NCBI GenBank assembly: GCA_977017575.1
Contig: CDRNVI010000063.1
Span: 1-64,000 of the forward strand
From: Paramoeba atlantica
Taxonomy: Eukaryota; Protista; Discosea
Direction of reading: 5' to 3'
DNA: 64,000 bases
A program made the position numbers and the translations under genes. Positions 1 to 11,421 of this stretch are shown here, in pieces. The first letter of the stretch is position 1. Every line of letters begins with the position of its first letter. The notes below the pieces were generated by a model, which was given only the letters and a program-made list of their open reading frames with translations, was not told the DNA's origin and did no database searches.

Positions 1-305
1 CTAGAAAGAGAAAACAATAATATACACCTGGTGAGCTTGAAGCCCCAGTTTCAAGTACCCGTAATGAGGAAACACCTGTCACTGAATTATCACGACTGTC
101 GACTCGGAAGGACCGACGTGATGCAGACAGTAGACTCGAAGAAGTTTTAGCAGCGTCGCCGACTCCAGCAGCTGCTCATGCAGCAACAGAGCTTCTGAGA
201 AGTCGAAGTAGACCCAAAGAAGGTCCAAAACAGCGAATTCGTCGAGGCCACTCTCTCCTGACCAGCCCAACGGTCCTTGCCAACTCGCAAGACGAACTAT
301 GCTCC

Positions 306-1238
306 ATGAAAAATGCCGAGTGCATGGCAAAAAAACACGATCATAGTGATGTTTCAATGCGAGACCAAATGCAGCAGCACGTGCACTTGAAGTGCAAGAA
401 ATGTGGACACACTTCTCACACATCAACGCAATCTGCGCTGACAACCCACACAAAAGTATGTAGTGCTCTGGACGCTCGTGTGCCGTCAGAAACGCCCGAT
501 GTAGGTACCGAAATTACGGCCTCCCAGTTTGCGCATACGATTTTCCCCCAATTAATTTCTACAACTCCTATCCCTCTCTCTGTCTGTATTCGTTAATTCC
601 GCAAGTACGAGGAGGCGCGTCCCGAGGTTTCAAAGGCAAAAATGATAAATGTTTTCCCCAAGGACGTGCGCACTATTCAACATGACGTGAGAATTCTTGC
701 ACATTGTGTGTGGGTAAACATTCGCGAGACCATAGACGATCACGAGATATTTGGGCTTGCGATTGATGCTGGAATCGACTCCGTGCTGCACGAACATGTC
801 TTGGTTGCTGTTATTTATGTGGGGTCGCACCGGTGGCTGACTCCACCAATGTATCATCCAAAGTTTGGCTCCTTTAATGGGAAAGACACGGCAGAGATAC
901 TTGTTTCAGAGCTTCAGCGATGTCTTCAAAGGACTAGAATAGCGAAGCTTGCGTACCTGGTTGCTGATGGATGCGCCGTTAATCACATAGCTAGAAAAGA
1001 AGCACATGACGCATTGAGACAGGCGTTTGAAAGCATTACCCCGCTGGGCGATTCTGACTGGAACGCCTTTTATGCCAGCTTTATAATGACGCAGCCTCAG
1101 ATTGTGCTCCTTCCTTGTGTAGGTCACTTACTCAACAATATTGCCAAGGATAAGTTGCGAGTCACAATATGTGGTAATATTGCGGTAATATTCGTACGTC
1201 CAGAGCTCCGATTTATGGTATTTCTTCTCCGTATCTGA
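306..1238 (+). pseudogene. hAT-superfamily transposase remnant (N-terminal Zn finger plus N-terminal part of the DDE core), in-frame TAA at 594-596, 3' truncated
   Basis: ORFs 306-596 and 642-1238 are in the same frame. CKKC...H...C finger, LAIDAG (first Asp), YLVADGCAVN (second Asp) and the hAT-typical CVGHLLNNIAKD (CxxH) motif are present. Confidence 0.75.
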
Positions 1239-1648
1239 GATATTTTTCTCTGGTTTTTTCTCAGCATTCAACAAGTGAAATACTTTTTTCGTCCACAGCA
1301 ACGGTTTATTGTACTATTATGCACTATGTATTGACGTCGGAACTGGGTTCTGTGGTTTAAACCAGTGTCGTGTAAGTCCTTGAAGTTGTCCTCCAAGTAT
1401 CTCTGTCAATTCAGAATAATGATGAAAATAGCCACGTTTAGTATTTTTTTTGTTACACTACAGTCTATTAGATTTTATTCGTATATTCGTGTTTCTTTTC
1501 TTACATCATAAACCAATGAAAAATATGTGAGGAAGCATTTATGCGCGGAATGCGAGATCTCGACTCCTTCCACTCCTCAACTCACTTTTTCGCCCCCTCG
1601 ACTCAAATTTCGCTCAGGATAAGCATCCTTTCACCTCTACTAATTAAA

Positions 1649-1812
1649 CTATGCATGTTATTCTCAACTCCTGATGCGAGTCCTGTATGCATGCGGTACG
1701 CGAGTCCTGTATGCATGTTATTCTCAGCTCCTGATGCGAGTCATAATATTCTTTTATGGCATGTGCGCATGTTATTCTCGGCTCCTGATGCGAGTCATAA
1801 TATTGTTTTATG
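1649..1812. repeat. Imperfect tandem repeat, core TATGCATGTTATTCTCRRCTCCTGATGCGAGTC (3 full copies plus 1 partial)
   Basis: Direct repeats read in the sequence. Confidence 0.85.
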
Positions 1813-1966
1813 GTATACCTTCCAACGTAGCTATTCAAATCATGTAATATTGTTATTATCATACATCGTTTGGCGGCGAACCAACATGGTTTACCGCTCA
1901 GTGAAATGGTTTATTTGGTGGTTTATTGGTTAGTTTACCACATGTTAAGAAGGTGCAAAAGAAAAG

Positions 1967-2398
1967 ATGTCTATGATATTCGACTACGGAAAGTTCGGCG
2001 AGCTCACTCTTCCTCCGACGAACGTAACGGTTCATTGCCTAGAGAAGTTACCTTTCGACTCCTATTCAAGTGCTATGGAGCGGGTGGAAGGTAGGGAGAA
2101 GGGAACATTCGAGCCCCTAGAGCTGAGAACAAACGGTATTTTTATCAAGGGCCCGGTGGGCGCGCGGGATCGTAGTTTCCTAGAATTTGACGCTCATCTT
2201 TGCCGCTGCTTTGGGGTAGGGGCGTCCGAGAGGAATGCCCCCCGGTACCATCAAGACGAACACAGGAAGAACGATCTGCTGTTAGCATTTCTGGATTGGA
2301 TTCGGAACTCCATGAAAATGGGTGTCCTGTGGAAATCCGAAGGAAATTTGGCAGTCGGCGACAACATCCCTGCGGCATTAGTGGCATACACCCCTTAA
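1967..2398 (+). CDS. Hypothetical 143-aa ORF, no recognised domain, antisense to the gene cluster
   Basis: Open frame with protein-like composition only. Confidence 0.3.
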   Translation: MSMIFDYGKFGELTLPPTNVTVHCLEKLPFDSYSSAMERVEGREKGTFEPLELRTNGIFIKGPVGARDRSFLEFDAHLCRCFGVGASERNAPRYHQDEHRKNDLLLAFLDWIRNSMKMGVLWKSEGNLAVGDNIPAALVAYTP

Positions 2399-3183
2399 AG
2401 GATAACACTCCCCCCCCCCCCCCCCTTCGTTTTTGCGTCGTGCAAGCTTTTAACCTAATTCCTTCGGCATTCGATAGATCTCGAAATTTGTCGTATGTTT
2501 GCCGAAGGAATCAGCGTGAAAAAACTCAAGAGAAAGAAAAGAGATTAAAAATACTGGTCGAAAATCGCCATTTTGACGAAGCACCATACTATTTCCTAAA
2601 AAAATAAGTTTATGCCCGATATTCATCCTTTTAACCAATGACAAAACATTTCTCTCGGCCTCGGAACCTTCACTATGGACCTATTACTTATGATATGCGT
2701 GTAAAAATTGTTATGGAGTGCAATAAGTTACTGTTCATCAGCAAAGTGGCAAAAATACTAAAAAATGACAAAAAAACTGTGTGAAAATAAGTGAAAAATT
2801 ACGGAAATATAGATTCTGTAGAAAACGTGTGTAAGATAGTGTAAGGATCACACAGGTTACTAAATTGACGGTTTCGATGCACTTTAGAGTTTCTTTCATG
2901 AAAAAATTGTCAATTTTTGGAGAAAAAATTGTCAAAAATCCATGTAATATTTTTTTTTGACCCCAACCCGGCGTTTGGTTTTATGCGAACTAAACTGAGC
3001 TAAAAATAGTGGGAAACGCTCTATTTTTTTATTCTGCACATTCTTAAAAAAAGATGAGCTCTCAACTCCACCTGTACGAAAATTAAGGGGGGGACTGCTA
3101 TCCTTTGAGGGGTGTATACGATTCGATATCAACATGGGGACTGCCGCGTATTTGCACAAGCGCTTGAGGAAATTCGGAAGAAA

Positions 3184-3255
3184 GTCTAAAATTCGTAAAA
3201 GTTGTCCAATTTTGGAAAATAATAGCGCATTGGATAGCTCTCACAGAGTTATATG
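3184..3255 (+). repeat. 72-bp repeat; inverted copy at 5031-5102 (1 mismatch)
   Basis: GTCTAAAATTCGTAAAAGTTGTCC...CACAGAGTTATATG matches the reverse complement of 5031-5102. Confidence 0.9.
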
Positions 3256-3376
3256 CTTTAGGATAGGTAGCTCCCGGGGTTTGGGGGGTACCCCCCTTTC
3301 ATGTAAGGGTCAAAAACACATATTGCAATACTTTAGTGGTGTCAATAATTTCTTTAATTTGCATTGCAAAAGACAA

Positions 3377-3580
3377 TTAGTAACCACAGTGCCCCCCGTT
3401 CCGACTAATAACAATTTCACAACGCTTCCTGAAACTCTTCAACGTTTTCTGAACCGTTGCAGAGTGGGTCTGTTTCAATTTAAGGAAAGACCCCTCAATA
3501 GCGGCTTCCAGTTGCTGTCGATTTCGGGGTCGAAGAAGATTTTTGTCTGTGTCCATCACAGACCAGAAGATCGCTCCAGC
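3377..3580 (-). mobile_element. Tc1/mariner transposase C-terminal fragment (family 2)
   Basis: FWSVMD...RPRNRQQLEAAI...SFRKRCEIVISRNGGHCGY*; homologous to the fragments at ~14780-14900 and 59981-60275. Confidence 0.7.
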
Positions 3581-3698
3581 TATCTACGCCGTAAACAAGG
3601 TCATACCCCTCGTCGATAAGCTTAAGAGCCACATCCAGGAACGCAGGGGTAACCACCGTCGAAACACGCTCTCGGGATGCCGTTAACATGTCACGGCA

Positions 3699-4035
3699 CC
3701 CGCACCCTTATCTGTCATAGAAACTCGCACCCTTATCTGTCATAAATGCACCCTTATCTGTCATACTGCACCCTTATCTGTCATACTGCACCCTTATCTG
3801 TCATACTGCACCCTTATCTGTCATACTGCACCCCTATCTGTCATACTGCACCCTTATCTGTCATATAAGCCGCACCCTTATCTGTCACACTAAGGTGCAC
3901 CCTTATCTGTCATAATGCACCCCTATCTGTCATAATGCACCCTTATCTGTCATAATGCACCCTTATCTGTCATATGCACCCTTATCTGTCATAATGCACC
4001 CTTATCTGTCATACTGCACCCTTATCTGCCATAAT
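3699..4035 (+). repeat. Minisatellite, ~16 copies of the 20-bp unit TGCACCCTTATCTGTCATAM
   Basis: Counted directly; 4 inverted copies lie at 4634-4721. Confidence 0.95.
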
Positions 4036-4354
4036 ACATTTTTTGTTAATTTTCTGTGAATGACGGTGGAAGGTAGAGTCAGCACACGCATCGATTCAAC
4101 TCATCGGTCGCATATCGCATTGTTATATCTCTTTCATTCTTTTTCGCGTCCACAGCTCCGGTTTTTTCTCTCTTTATGATATCTAGACCTTGTCGTATCT
4201 GGGATTTCTGTGGTTTGTCTCGGTGTCGTCCAATACAACTGATCATCACCTAGGGCTTCGCAAATTGCTTCCCACGAACTCAGCGTCACACTTTGACGTG
4301 ACTCATTGGCCCGGCCGACCCCTCCGTGCGTTCAGCCTCTCATATTCCCCAAAA

Positions 4355-4430
4355 CAACTACCACCTTCCCCCCATTTATCAGGGGTCGCTCGCGCGACAC
4401 CCGCTAAATAGGGGGGGAAGGTGGTAGTTG
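4355..4430. repeat. Short inverted repeat / micro-MITE (CAACTACCACCTTCCCC ... GGGGAAGGTGGTAGTTG)
   Basis: Perfect 17-bp arms; contains the CTAAATAGGGGGGG motif also seen in MITEs at 60406 and 63695. Confidence 0.7.
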
Positions 4431-4633
4431 TGGGATATGGAGGCCTCTCGCAACTCCGGGGCCTCACCGGAACCACAATTGAGGTTACCTATTTTTTACG
4501 TTAACTGTGTAGCAAAATTGTAAATTTTTGGAAGGGGTTGAAATTTTTTTTTAGGGGTCGATTTTTTTTTAGGGGTTGAAATCTTTTTTAGGCCTTGAAA
4601 TATTTTTTAAGGGGTCGACTTTTTTTAATCGGT

Positions 4634-4721
4634 TTATGACAGATAAGGGTGCGGCTTATATGACAGATAAGGGTGCATTATGACAGATAAGGGTGCCGCG
4701 TTTATGACAGATAAGGGTGCG
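4634..4721 (-). repeat. Four inverted copies of the 20-bp minisatellite unit
   Basis: ATGACAGATAAGGGTGC x4. Confidence 0.9.
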
Positions 4722-5649
4722 AGTGGGTACCCGTAAGGGTAAAACGTTCAACCCAACGTTTTACAGTGTACTCATGAACACCAAAGTGCTGTGCCGTAGC
4801 GGAGTATGATCCTGTGCGCTCGTATTCCGCCACCAAGAATGCGGTGGCTCTCTTTGACGGGGGCGGGGGAAGAATACGATCTATCGCTCAGTACTCCACG
4901 GGAAGTCCTCGAGCAAGCGCGCTTTTGGGGCATTTTCTAGTAAAAAATGTAATTTCTGCAAGGGAAAAAAGCGAAATATGGTATTAAAAAATATGTGCGT
5001 TAAAATTGCAGGATTTTAATGCGCCTAAAACATACAACTCTGTGAGAGCTATCCAATGCGCTATTATTTTCCAAAATTGGACAACTTTTACGAATTTTAG
5101 ACCCCCCCCACCTTTAGACCCGCACCCCTGTAGAGGATCTTTAAATTGAATGAAGGGAATGATGAAGGGGATGGTCGAGGGGATAACGAGCTCCGACTCT
5201 TATTTTCCAATTTTGACCGTAGAACTCCACGCAAAACCATTAGCCTAAAAGCAGAACAGAAAAACAATTGAAGTTTCGCTTTTAATTTAATAAATGTTTC
5301 ATTTTGTTTAGAAAGGCGACAGATAACTAGGGGGGGGGTGGTCGACGAAAAAAAATATTCGAAGTGCCGAAAAGCGACAGATAACTAGGGGGTACAGTAT
5401 TACATTTTGTTTACTTTTTTAACATTTTAAAATGAGTTGGAAATAGCGGGAACGTGCAGATCCCGAAATTCTGAACGACAAAGTGGTGCATAAACCCCCA
5501 TAGGCCCTCACGTGTAAAACAAAATGGGGGATGACTGATTCGTTGGGCGGAGTTTATTGTTGAATGTAATGCAAACAGATAGTGGCAGACGGTGGCAGAT
5601 AAAACCATGCACTTCTGCAGTACATCCATTGGAAGTAACACAGGGATCA

Positions 5650-6250
5650 TCAACTTTCATGTCGAAAAAACTCAAAAGTTTCTTTCGAAACGAATTTCTC
5701 TTTAATCCCTGTATCTGTGATGTGAACTGACAATTTGGAATGCTTCCGACCCAATATACTGTGATCCAACTCCCCAAAGAGATTCTCATTGTCTCGCAAG
5801 CCTAACTCTCAAAGGTTTGCGGGGAGAGCCTCAAAGTGTACCTCTCCGCTAAATTGATTGTAATCGAGCCACAGCGCCTGTAGCTCACAAAGCAGAAAAC
5901 GGAGCTCTACGGGACCGCTAAGCGAGTTGTGATGAGCACGGAACCATATGCATTTATAGGGTAAATTTTCCAGCGGAAGGCGTCCGGGTAGCCTATTGTC
6001 TGGGACGTAAATACCATTCACGGGGAGCGTAGCCAGATGTTCCCAACACAAAGAACCGCGCAAATCAAGGTATCCCCAGTTTATATCAAACGATTCTTCT
6101 TTTCTCTCAAAGGATATACCTTTCCACTCAGCAGCGGGCGTGTGCGTATTCCACGAAATATCTGGGGTTTTGATATTTTTTTATGAATTTTTCGAGATCG
6201 TATTCCATCGGAACAGAATTGCCTCGTACCTTTTTCGGGCGCGTTTCCTC
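5650..6250 (-). pseudogene. LRR-family pseudogene (frameshifts in the 5' part, in-frame TGA at 5809-5811)
   Basis: Reconstructs RARKVRGNSVPMEYDL...SWN..P..EWKGI...WGYLDLRGSLCWEHL, then LRRs, LPANL*ELGLRDNENLFG...TDTGIK. Confidence 0.85.
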
Positions 6251-6400
6251 CATCAGTTTGAGAGTCACAGGCCTTGATTAAGCCCAGAGGGTATTGACGC
6301 GAGGGAATCCATTCAATAAGATGGGTTCATCGATTCGAGACTGTAAACCAACCTGACTTATTGAAGGAGATAAAAACCTTCATAAAACTCAAAGTATAAA

Positions 6401-6591
6401 CCATGCTAAAGTGGACGAGAGAGACACTAAAGGCACCTTTGGAAAACCACCACAAAACTGGAAAGGTATTTACCGTTAAAGATCCTTTTGTCACATCAGA
6501 ATACCGTACTACAAACCGGGAGATACCGTTCCAGTTTTGTGGTGGTTTTCCAAAGGTGCCTTTAGTGTCTCTCTCGTCCACTTTAGCATGG
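6401..6591. repeat. Near-perfect palindrome: 69-bp arms (1 mismatch), 53-bp spacer; foldback MITE-like
   Basis: 6401-6469 is the reverse complement of 6523-6591. Confidence 0.9.
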
Positions 6592-7436
6592 GTTACTCCT
6601 CCTCTCATTGATTTTTATAAATATAAATTATAACAAAAAAGAAAATTTATATTTATAATTATAATTATAAAAATCAATGAGAATGATTTCCAAAGATACC
6701 GGAGACCCGCCAGTAAGAGACCCCCGGTAAGAGGGATTGGCTCGGGAGGCTGGCTGGTTAGTGGAGCTGAGCGGGCGGGGGTTGTTGGACGGGTAAGGGT
6801 GGGTGAGCGGGGTGAGGGTGATTGGGAGGGTTGTGATGGCTGTGATACGAAGTTGTCTGGACAGAAAATCAATGCACGCATGAGTAAAAGAGGTCTTCAA
6901 CAGAGCGGGAAACCGAGTTAAACTCGCTTTCGAAGACGTGTGTGCGATAAATGTGACATAACGGCTACTTGTAGAAGGGGGAGGAGCATTTAAACAAAAC
7001 AACCCAGGCTAAAGTGGAAGACGGAGATACTCGTCCTTGCGCCTCCTCCTTCCTCTAAGGTCTTGAGCGTCACGAGGATGTATGGGATGTATAGGATCGG
7101 GGTCACGAGGATGTATGGGATGTAGTCACGAGAAAATACTGGTGACATACATAGGTACGCGACTTGACAATAATTGCAGGGACTTTGGTTTCTGAAATCC
7201 CTTATCGCTCTGTCTTAGTCGGAATGTGGAGTGCTGGGCCCAGGTGCCACCTGGTCTTACCTCCGAACCAACCCCAAACGTTCGTGCTACATGACCCTCG
7301 ATCAGTCAACAAACCTCTGTTGAACGGCCGAGCCGTCAAACGCCGATATGAAGCTCTATAGACAAAAAAACATTTATTTTTGAGGCAATAAAAGGAATAC
7401 TTTATTACACAGAAGAAAATATTTAAAATGTATTTC

Positions 7437-7521
7437 AAAACTCACCTGACACGAAATCAGGCCACAAATCGGGCACGACGAATTAACCTACGGTACTGAG
7501 GGAGTAGTATCTCCATCAATA
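7437..7521 (+). repeat. Dispersed repeat family B ending in a stem-loop (GAGGGAG-TAGTAT-CTCCMTC-AATA); second copy at 8375-8471
   Basis: Near-identical sequence at 7437-7521 and 8375-8471. Confidence 0.85.
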
Positions 7522-7928
7522 TTTTTAAGTATGTCCTAAAAGCTTTATGAGAACAAAATTGGATTTATAAATTTCACAATTTTTATAATTTTTTTTCGAA
7601 AATTCTGTCTTGCCATTTATAAAAATCAATGAGAGACAGAGTATATAGCCATCGAAACATGCTCCCTATGACCCCTTACAGCTTCCCACGCGAGGAAGTC
7701 GTCGTCGCCGCGGCAAAAAGACAAGGATCCGCCTTCTGCCTTTTTGCCATGCGCCTCCTCCTTCCTCTAAGGCCTTGCGTGTCACACACTTCCAGGTAAA
7801 GTTTGGCCTTTGTAGGTGTATTACCGGAACAGGGTGGAGAAATATCGAATGAAACCAAAGCGTATACACTTATATCAGGCTCCAAACTCTAAAAAATCGG
7901 TCTAGGAGCTGATTTGGGAAAAATGCAA

Positions 7929-8102
7929 CTGTCCCCCCCGTTTAAGCGCACCTCGTTTTCCGTCAAAAGTGCGCTTAAACGGGGGGTCTGAATCAGCATA
8001 TAAAAAAAAATTGGCACCGCTTCGCGGCGCCGCGATCTCCTCCTCAACTCTATGTGCGCTTAAACGGGGGGCGTCTGACCGGGTGCGCTTAAGGGGGGAC
8101 AG
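7929..8102. mobile_element. MITE with CTGTCCCCCC(C)..TTAAGCGCACC terminal inverted repeats; Tc1/mariner-type ends
   Basis: TIRs read directly; right flank TA, left flank AA; internal subterminal repeats GTGCGCTTAAACGGGGG and a GCCGCTTCGCGGCGC-type hairpin. Confidence 0.8.
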
Positions 8103-8192
8103 TATTTTTTCACTTTCACCCATAAATTTTCAGGTTTTGTTTTTCGAAATTTCAACAATTGTTATGATCGTATTCATTTATCCCAACGAACC

Positions 8193-8250
8193 CTAGCCCC
8201 TAACTCCGCGGCGGTACCAGTCTTGTACCGCGGCGGTACCAATCTTGTAT
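8193..8250 (-). mobile_element. Tiny 3' fragment of a CRE-like retroelement
   Basis: Translates AVQDWYRRGVRG*, versus AVQEWYRRGVR* at the end of ORF 23289-23612. Confidence 0.6.
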
Positions 8251-8374
8251 TTCAAAAATTGCTATGATCACCCTGGTGGGGAGGGGGGGGCAGGGGGTAC
8301 CCATCGGAATTGTTGAAAAACTAGTGATCTTGTCACTCAATTCGATTCATACGTCTTTGTAAACATTTTTTTCG

Positions 8375-8471
8375 AAAACTCACCTGAAACGATATCGGGC
8401 CACAAATCGGGCATGAAATCGGGCACGACGAATTAACCTACGGTAGCGAGGGAGTAGTATCTCCCTCAATA
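8375..8471 (+). repeat. Dispersed repeat family B, second copy
   Basis: Matches 7437-7521 and has a perfect terminal hairpin GAGGGAG/CTCCCTC. Confidence 0.85.
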
Positions 8472-8539
8472 ACTTATTTACTTATAGTAGCGGTTCTTGA
8501 GATGCCCCTTTCTAAGAGTTGACTGTATTTAATAGCATG

Positions 8540-9427
8540 TTAAACTGCCTCAGGTTCAATTACGCGAATATCTGTTCCTGCTCGTTCGAAGTACACACCG
8601 GGAAGGAATGTCTTATCGAATTCTCCACGCAGATACGAGTTGTGAGAGACATCGATCCAAGTCAAGCCGACTGGGAGAGATTTAAAATATAAACAACCCT
8701 TAAAATTATTGTTGTCTAAAAATAAACTCTCCAAGGATGAAGGTAGATGACGAAAATCAGGCGTCCCACTAAATTCGTTCTCCCCTAAGCTTAGATTCGT
8801 CAACGTAGACGGCAAAAGGCTGAGATCCACCTCCCCCAAAAGATTATTACCCCGCAGTATTAGACGTTCCAATTCTCCGGGAAGAGCCGTGAGATCAACC
8901 GTGTTCTCGAAGTTATTCTTTTCCAAATAGATTCGCTTGAGATGAGAAGGTAAGTGACAAAGGTCGAGACTACCTGTAAAACGGTTGTGTGAGAGGTCAA
9001 GTAAGAGAAGGGTTTCGGGCAACGTGTCTAATTGTATGGAAGACGTCAAATTATTGTAAGCCACATCAAACGTGTGTACGGTTTCGGGAAGATACTTGAG
9101 CTGCAATGAGCCCTGTAATGACCCCCCAAGGTGAGCCCTCCAATTTATCTTTATCACATTTTGCTCCTTGTCATCACAGGATACACCCTGCCAGTTGCGT
9201 GCAGCTACCGATGTGGTCCATGTGACATGGGGATTGGTGATATTACGAATGAGACGCGCAAGATTGTACACTTGTGGCAACTGTGTCGACCGTATTTTAC
9301 TTGAGCGAGTACCCTCAACACTTTCCTTTTCGAGAAAAGAGCCATCGCCTTGCTTTAGACGTTTAGTGGGAGGCTCTTGAACGTCAGACAGGTAAATTTT
9401 CATATTAGCACAACTGAAAGCTAACAA
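8540..9427 (-). CDS. Leucine-rich repeat protein (23-aa LPxxLxxLxLxxNxFxG units with LRRNT-like cap)
   Basis: RSSKIRS..LPQ..L...NPH.TW...WQGVSC cap followed by about 7 LRRs. Confidence 0.9.
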   Translation of the reverse strand: MLAFSCANMKIYLSDVQEPPTKRLKQGDGSFLEKESVEGTRSSKIRSTQLPQVYNLARLIRNITNPHVTWTTSVAARNWQGVSCDDKEQNVIKINWRAHLGGSLQGSLQLKYLPETVHTFDVAYNNLTSSIQLDTLPETLLLLDLSHNRFTGSLDLCHLPSHLKRIYLEKNNFENTVDLTALPGELERLILRGNNLLGEVDLSLLPSTLTNLSLGENEFSGTPDFRHLPSSLESLFLDNNNFKGCLYFKSLPVGLTWIDVSHNSYLRGEFDKTFLPGVYFERAGTDIRVIEPEAV

Positions 9428-9600
9428 CGTTTAAAATGACAGAATTTATTTATTTTACTTCTTTCCGACAAAGTTTACCTAATTCGCGCGAAAAAATATT
9501 CACATTCTTAAACTTGCAATTCCGTTCAGCTAGACTTTATTTTTCTAAATTGATTCAAATCAGACAAATAAACTACCCTATTCAATTCTGATTTACTACG

Positions 9601-10257
9601 CTATGTAATTTTGATTCCAGTATTGGTTATAGGACGATAGGAAAGCTTTTTGGGAAGTTCATCCAAGACCATTTCACCAAAAAGACCCGAATTGTCACGT
9701 AGAGCTAAAGTTATAAGATTAGGCGGGAGATGAGAAAAATTAACAAACCCACTGAGCAAGTTTTCCGAAAACAGCAGCTCGTGCATATTTTCCGGCAAAT
9801 GGCACAAGTCAATTTCACCTTCGAATTTGTTGTATGATCCGTTTAATATATTCAAATCAAGCGGTAAATTCGAAAGATAAAGTGTTCCCTCCAGTTCATT
9901 CTTAAATACACTAAAAAACGTGAGAGTGTTCGGAAGTTCTTCCCATCGTACTTCACCCTTCAACCTCTTTTCCTGACAATCAAATCTTGTAATAGCCTCC
10001 CCAGAACAATGTACACATTCCCAAGAACAAGCGGGTTTGCTCTCGCTCCAGGAACGAAGGGGATTTTTAACGTTTTGAAGCATGCGAGAAAGTCGATATT
10101 CCTCTGGTAAAGACGCGCCACGTACCTTTGCTGCTCGCCTCGGTGCATCGTCTTTAGATTCTACGCTCCATGCGACACAAAAAGCAAAGAAGTAAAATTC
10201 TGCCCCAACATTCATCTCTGTAGTAACTGGTTCGATAGGATTGAAGGCAAATTTCAA
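9601..10257 (-). CDS. Leucine-rich repeat protein
   Basis: RAAKVRGASLPEEYRL...SW...PACSWECVHC cap, about 4 LRRs, C-terminal TGIK motif. Confidence 0.9.
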   Translation of the reverse strand: MKFAFNPIEPVTTEMNVGAEFYFFAFCVAWSVESKDDAPRRAAKVRGASLPEEYRLSRMLQNVKNPLRSWSESKPACSWECVHCSGEAITRFDCQEKRLKGEVRWEELPNTLTFFSVFKNELEGTLYLSNLPLDLNILNGSYNKFEGEIDLCHLPENMHELLFSENLLSGFVNFSHLPPNLITLALRDNSGLFGEMVLDELPKKLSYRPITNTGIKIT

Positions 10258-10467
10258 TGAGGCTAGGAAAAAGTGGTATTGTAGAGAAGTTAAAAAAATG
10301 AACGTTAGAACGCATTCTTCCTATCACGTTTGGTAATCGAACGTTTACAGGTAATATGATCAAATTCAGTGATTGTGATCTGATGTTCTAAGCCGTGTTA
10401 GAGGGAAGAGATCGTTTTTATGTACGAACTGTGTGTTGAAAGTGTAATTCGCAAAAAAAAGATGTAA

Positions 10468-11421
10468 CTATTTTGAAGCATCGTCCACGGTAATTTTTGT
10501 TCCAGAAGTAGTAATCTTGTAAAGCTTAAGCGTATCTGGCAACTTCGATTTAATTATCACTCCACGAAGGTTTGCATTTCCGGACAATCTAAGATCTTCC
10601 AAGCCGTAGGAAATTTGTCCCAAGTCAAGAGTACCACGAAATTCATTGTCATTCAGGTAGAGCGCGTTGAGTGACTTAGGTAATCCACTCAAACACAATT
10701 CTCCAGAGAACTCATTGTTTCGAAGAGCGAGAAACCGAAGCATTCCCGGGAGCTGATCCAAACACACGCTCCCAAAAAACGCATTGTAGCCCAGGTTCAG
10801 GCAACTAAGCTGCGCAGGAAGCGAAGTTAAATCCGGCATGCCTGTGAGACAATTCGACTGTAAGGCGAAAAGTTCCAATAATTTCGGAAGACTTGTCAAG
10901 CAGACCTCCCCGGTAAACTTATTGTTAAGAAGATACAAGAATTTCATACTTTCCGGCAGACGCGTGAGATCGAGATTTCCACTAAACGAGTTGTGGCTAA
11001 GACTGAGTGTCTCCAACGGACGTGGTAAGTCCGTCAGACTTGCCGAACCACGCAGACCGTTCCCCTGTATTGTGCATTCCACAAGGGTACGTGGTAGGTA
11101 AGACATACGTAGCCTCCCACGTAAATATTGCCCCACCCAGGAGATTTTTTCAACTCTGCCACTCTCGTTGCACTCGGCACCAAACCACTCACACGCCGGG
11201 GTGTCTCGAGTCCATCCCGCGTGGGGGTATGTGATGTCTCGGACAAACTCGGCGAGCTCAAATTCTTGAGGTAAATTGGTGACTTTTGAGGCCCGATATC
11301 GGCCCCGAGACGCGACCTGCGACGACAGGTGATTCTGATGCTCTTTGGTTGAACCTTCCAGAGACTCGACGGCATCTTTGAAAAAGGCAACGTACGCCAT
11401 TTTGATAGCCAAAACCATCAT
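10468..11421 (-). CDS. Leucine-rich repeat protein
   Basis: RASKV..LPQEFEL...PACEWFGAEC cap and about 8 LRRs. Confidence 0.9.
   Translation of the reverse strand: MMVLAIKMAYVAFFKDAVESLEGSTKEHQNHLSSQVASRGRYRASKVTNLPQEFELAEFVRDITYPHAGWTRDTPACEWFGAECNESGRVEKISWVGQYLRGRLRMSYLPRTLVECTIQGNGLRGSASLTDLPRPLETLSLSHNSFSGNLDLTRLPESMKFLYLLNNKFTGEVCLTSLPKLLELFALQSNCLTGMPDLTSLPAQLSCLNLGYNAFFGSVCLDQLPGMLRFLALRNNEFSGELCLSGLPKSLNALYLNDNEFRGTLDLGQISYGLEDLRLSGNANLRGVIIKSKLPDTLKLYKITTSGTKITVDDASK

Noticed and set aside
3699-4035. Possible CRISPR array
   Set aside because: Units are contiguous with no unique spacers; eukaryotic context and no cas genes.
4540-4620. Telomeric repeats (TTTAGGGG)
   Set aside because: The motif is part of a ~20-bp unit with long T runs, not tandem hexamers.
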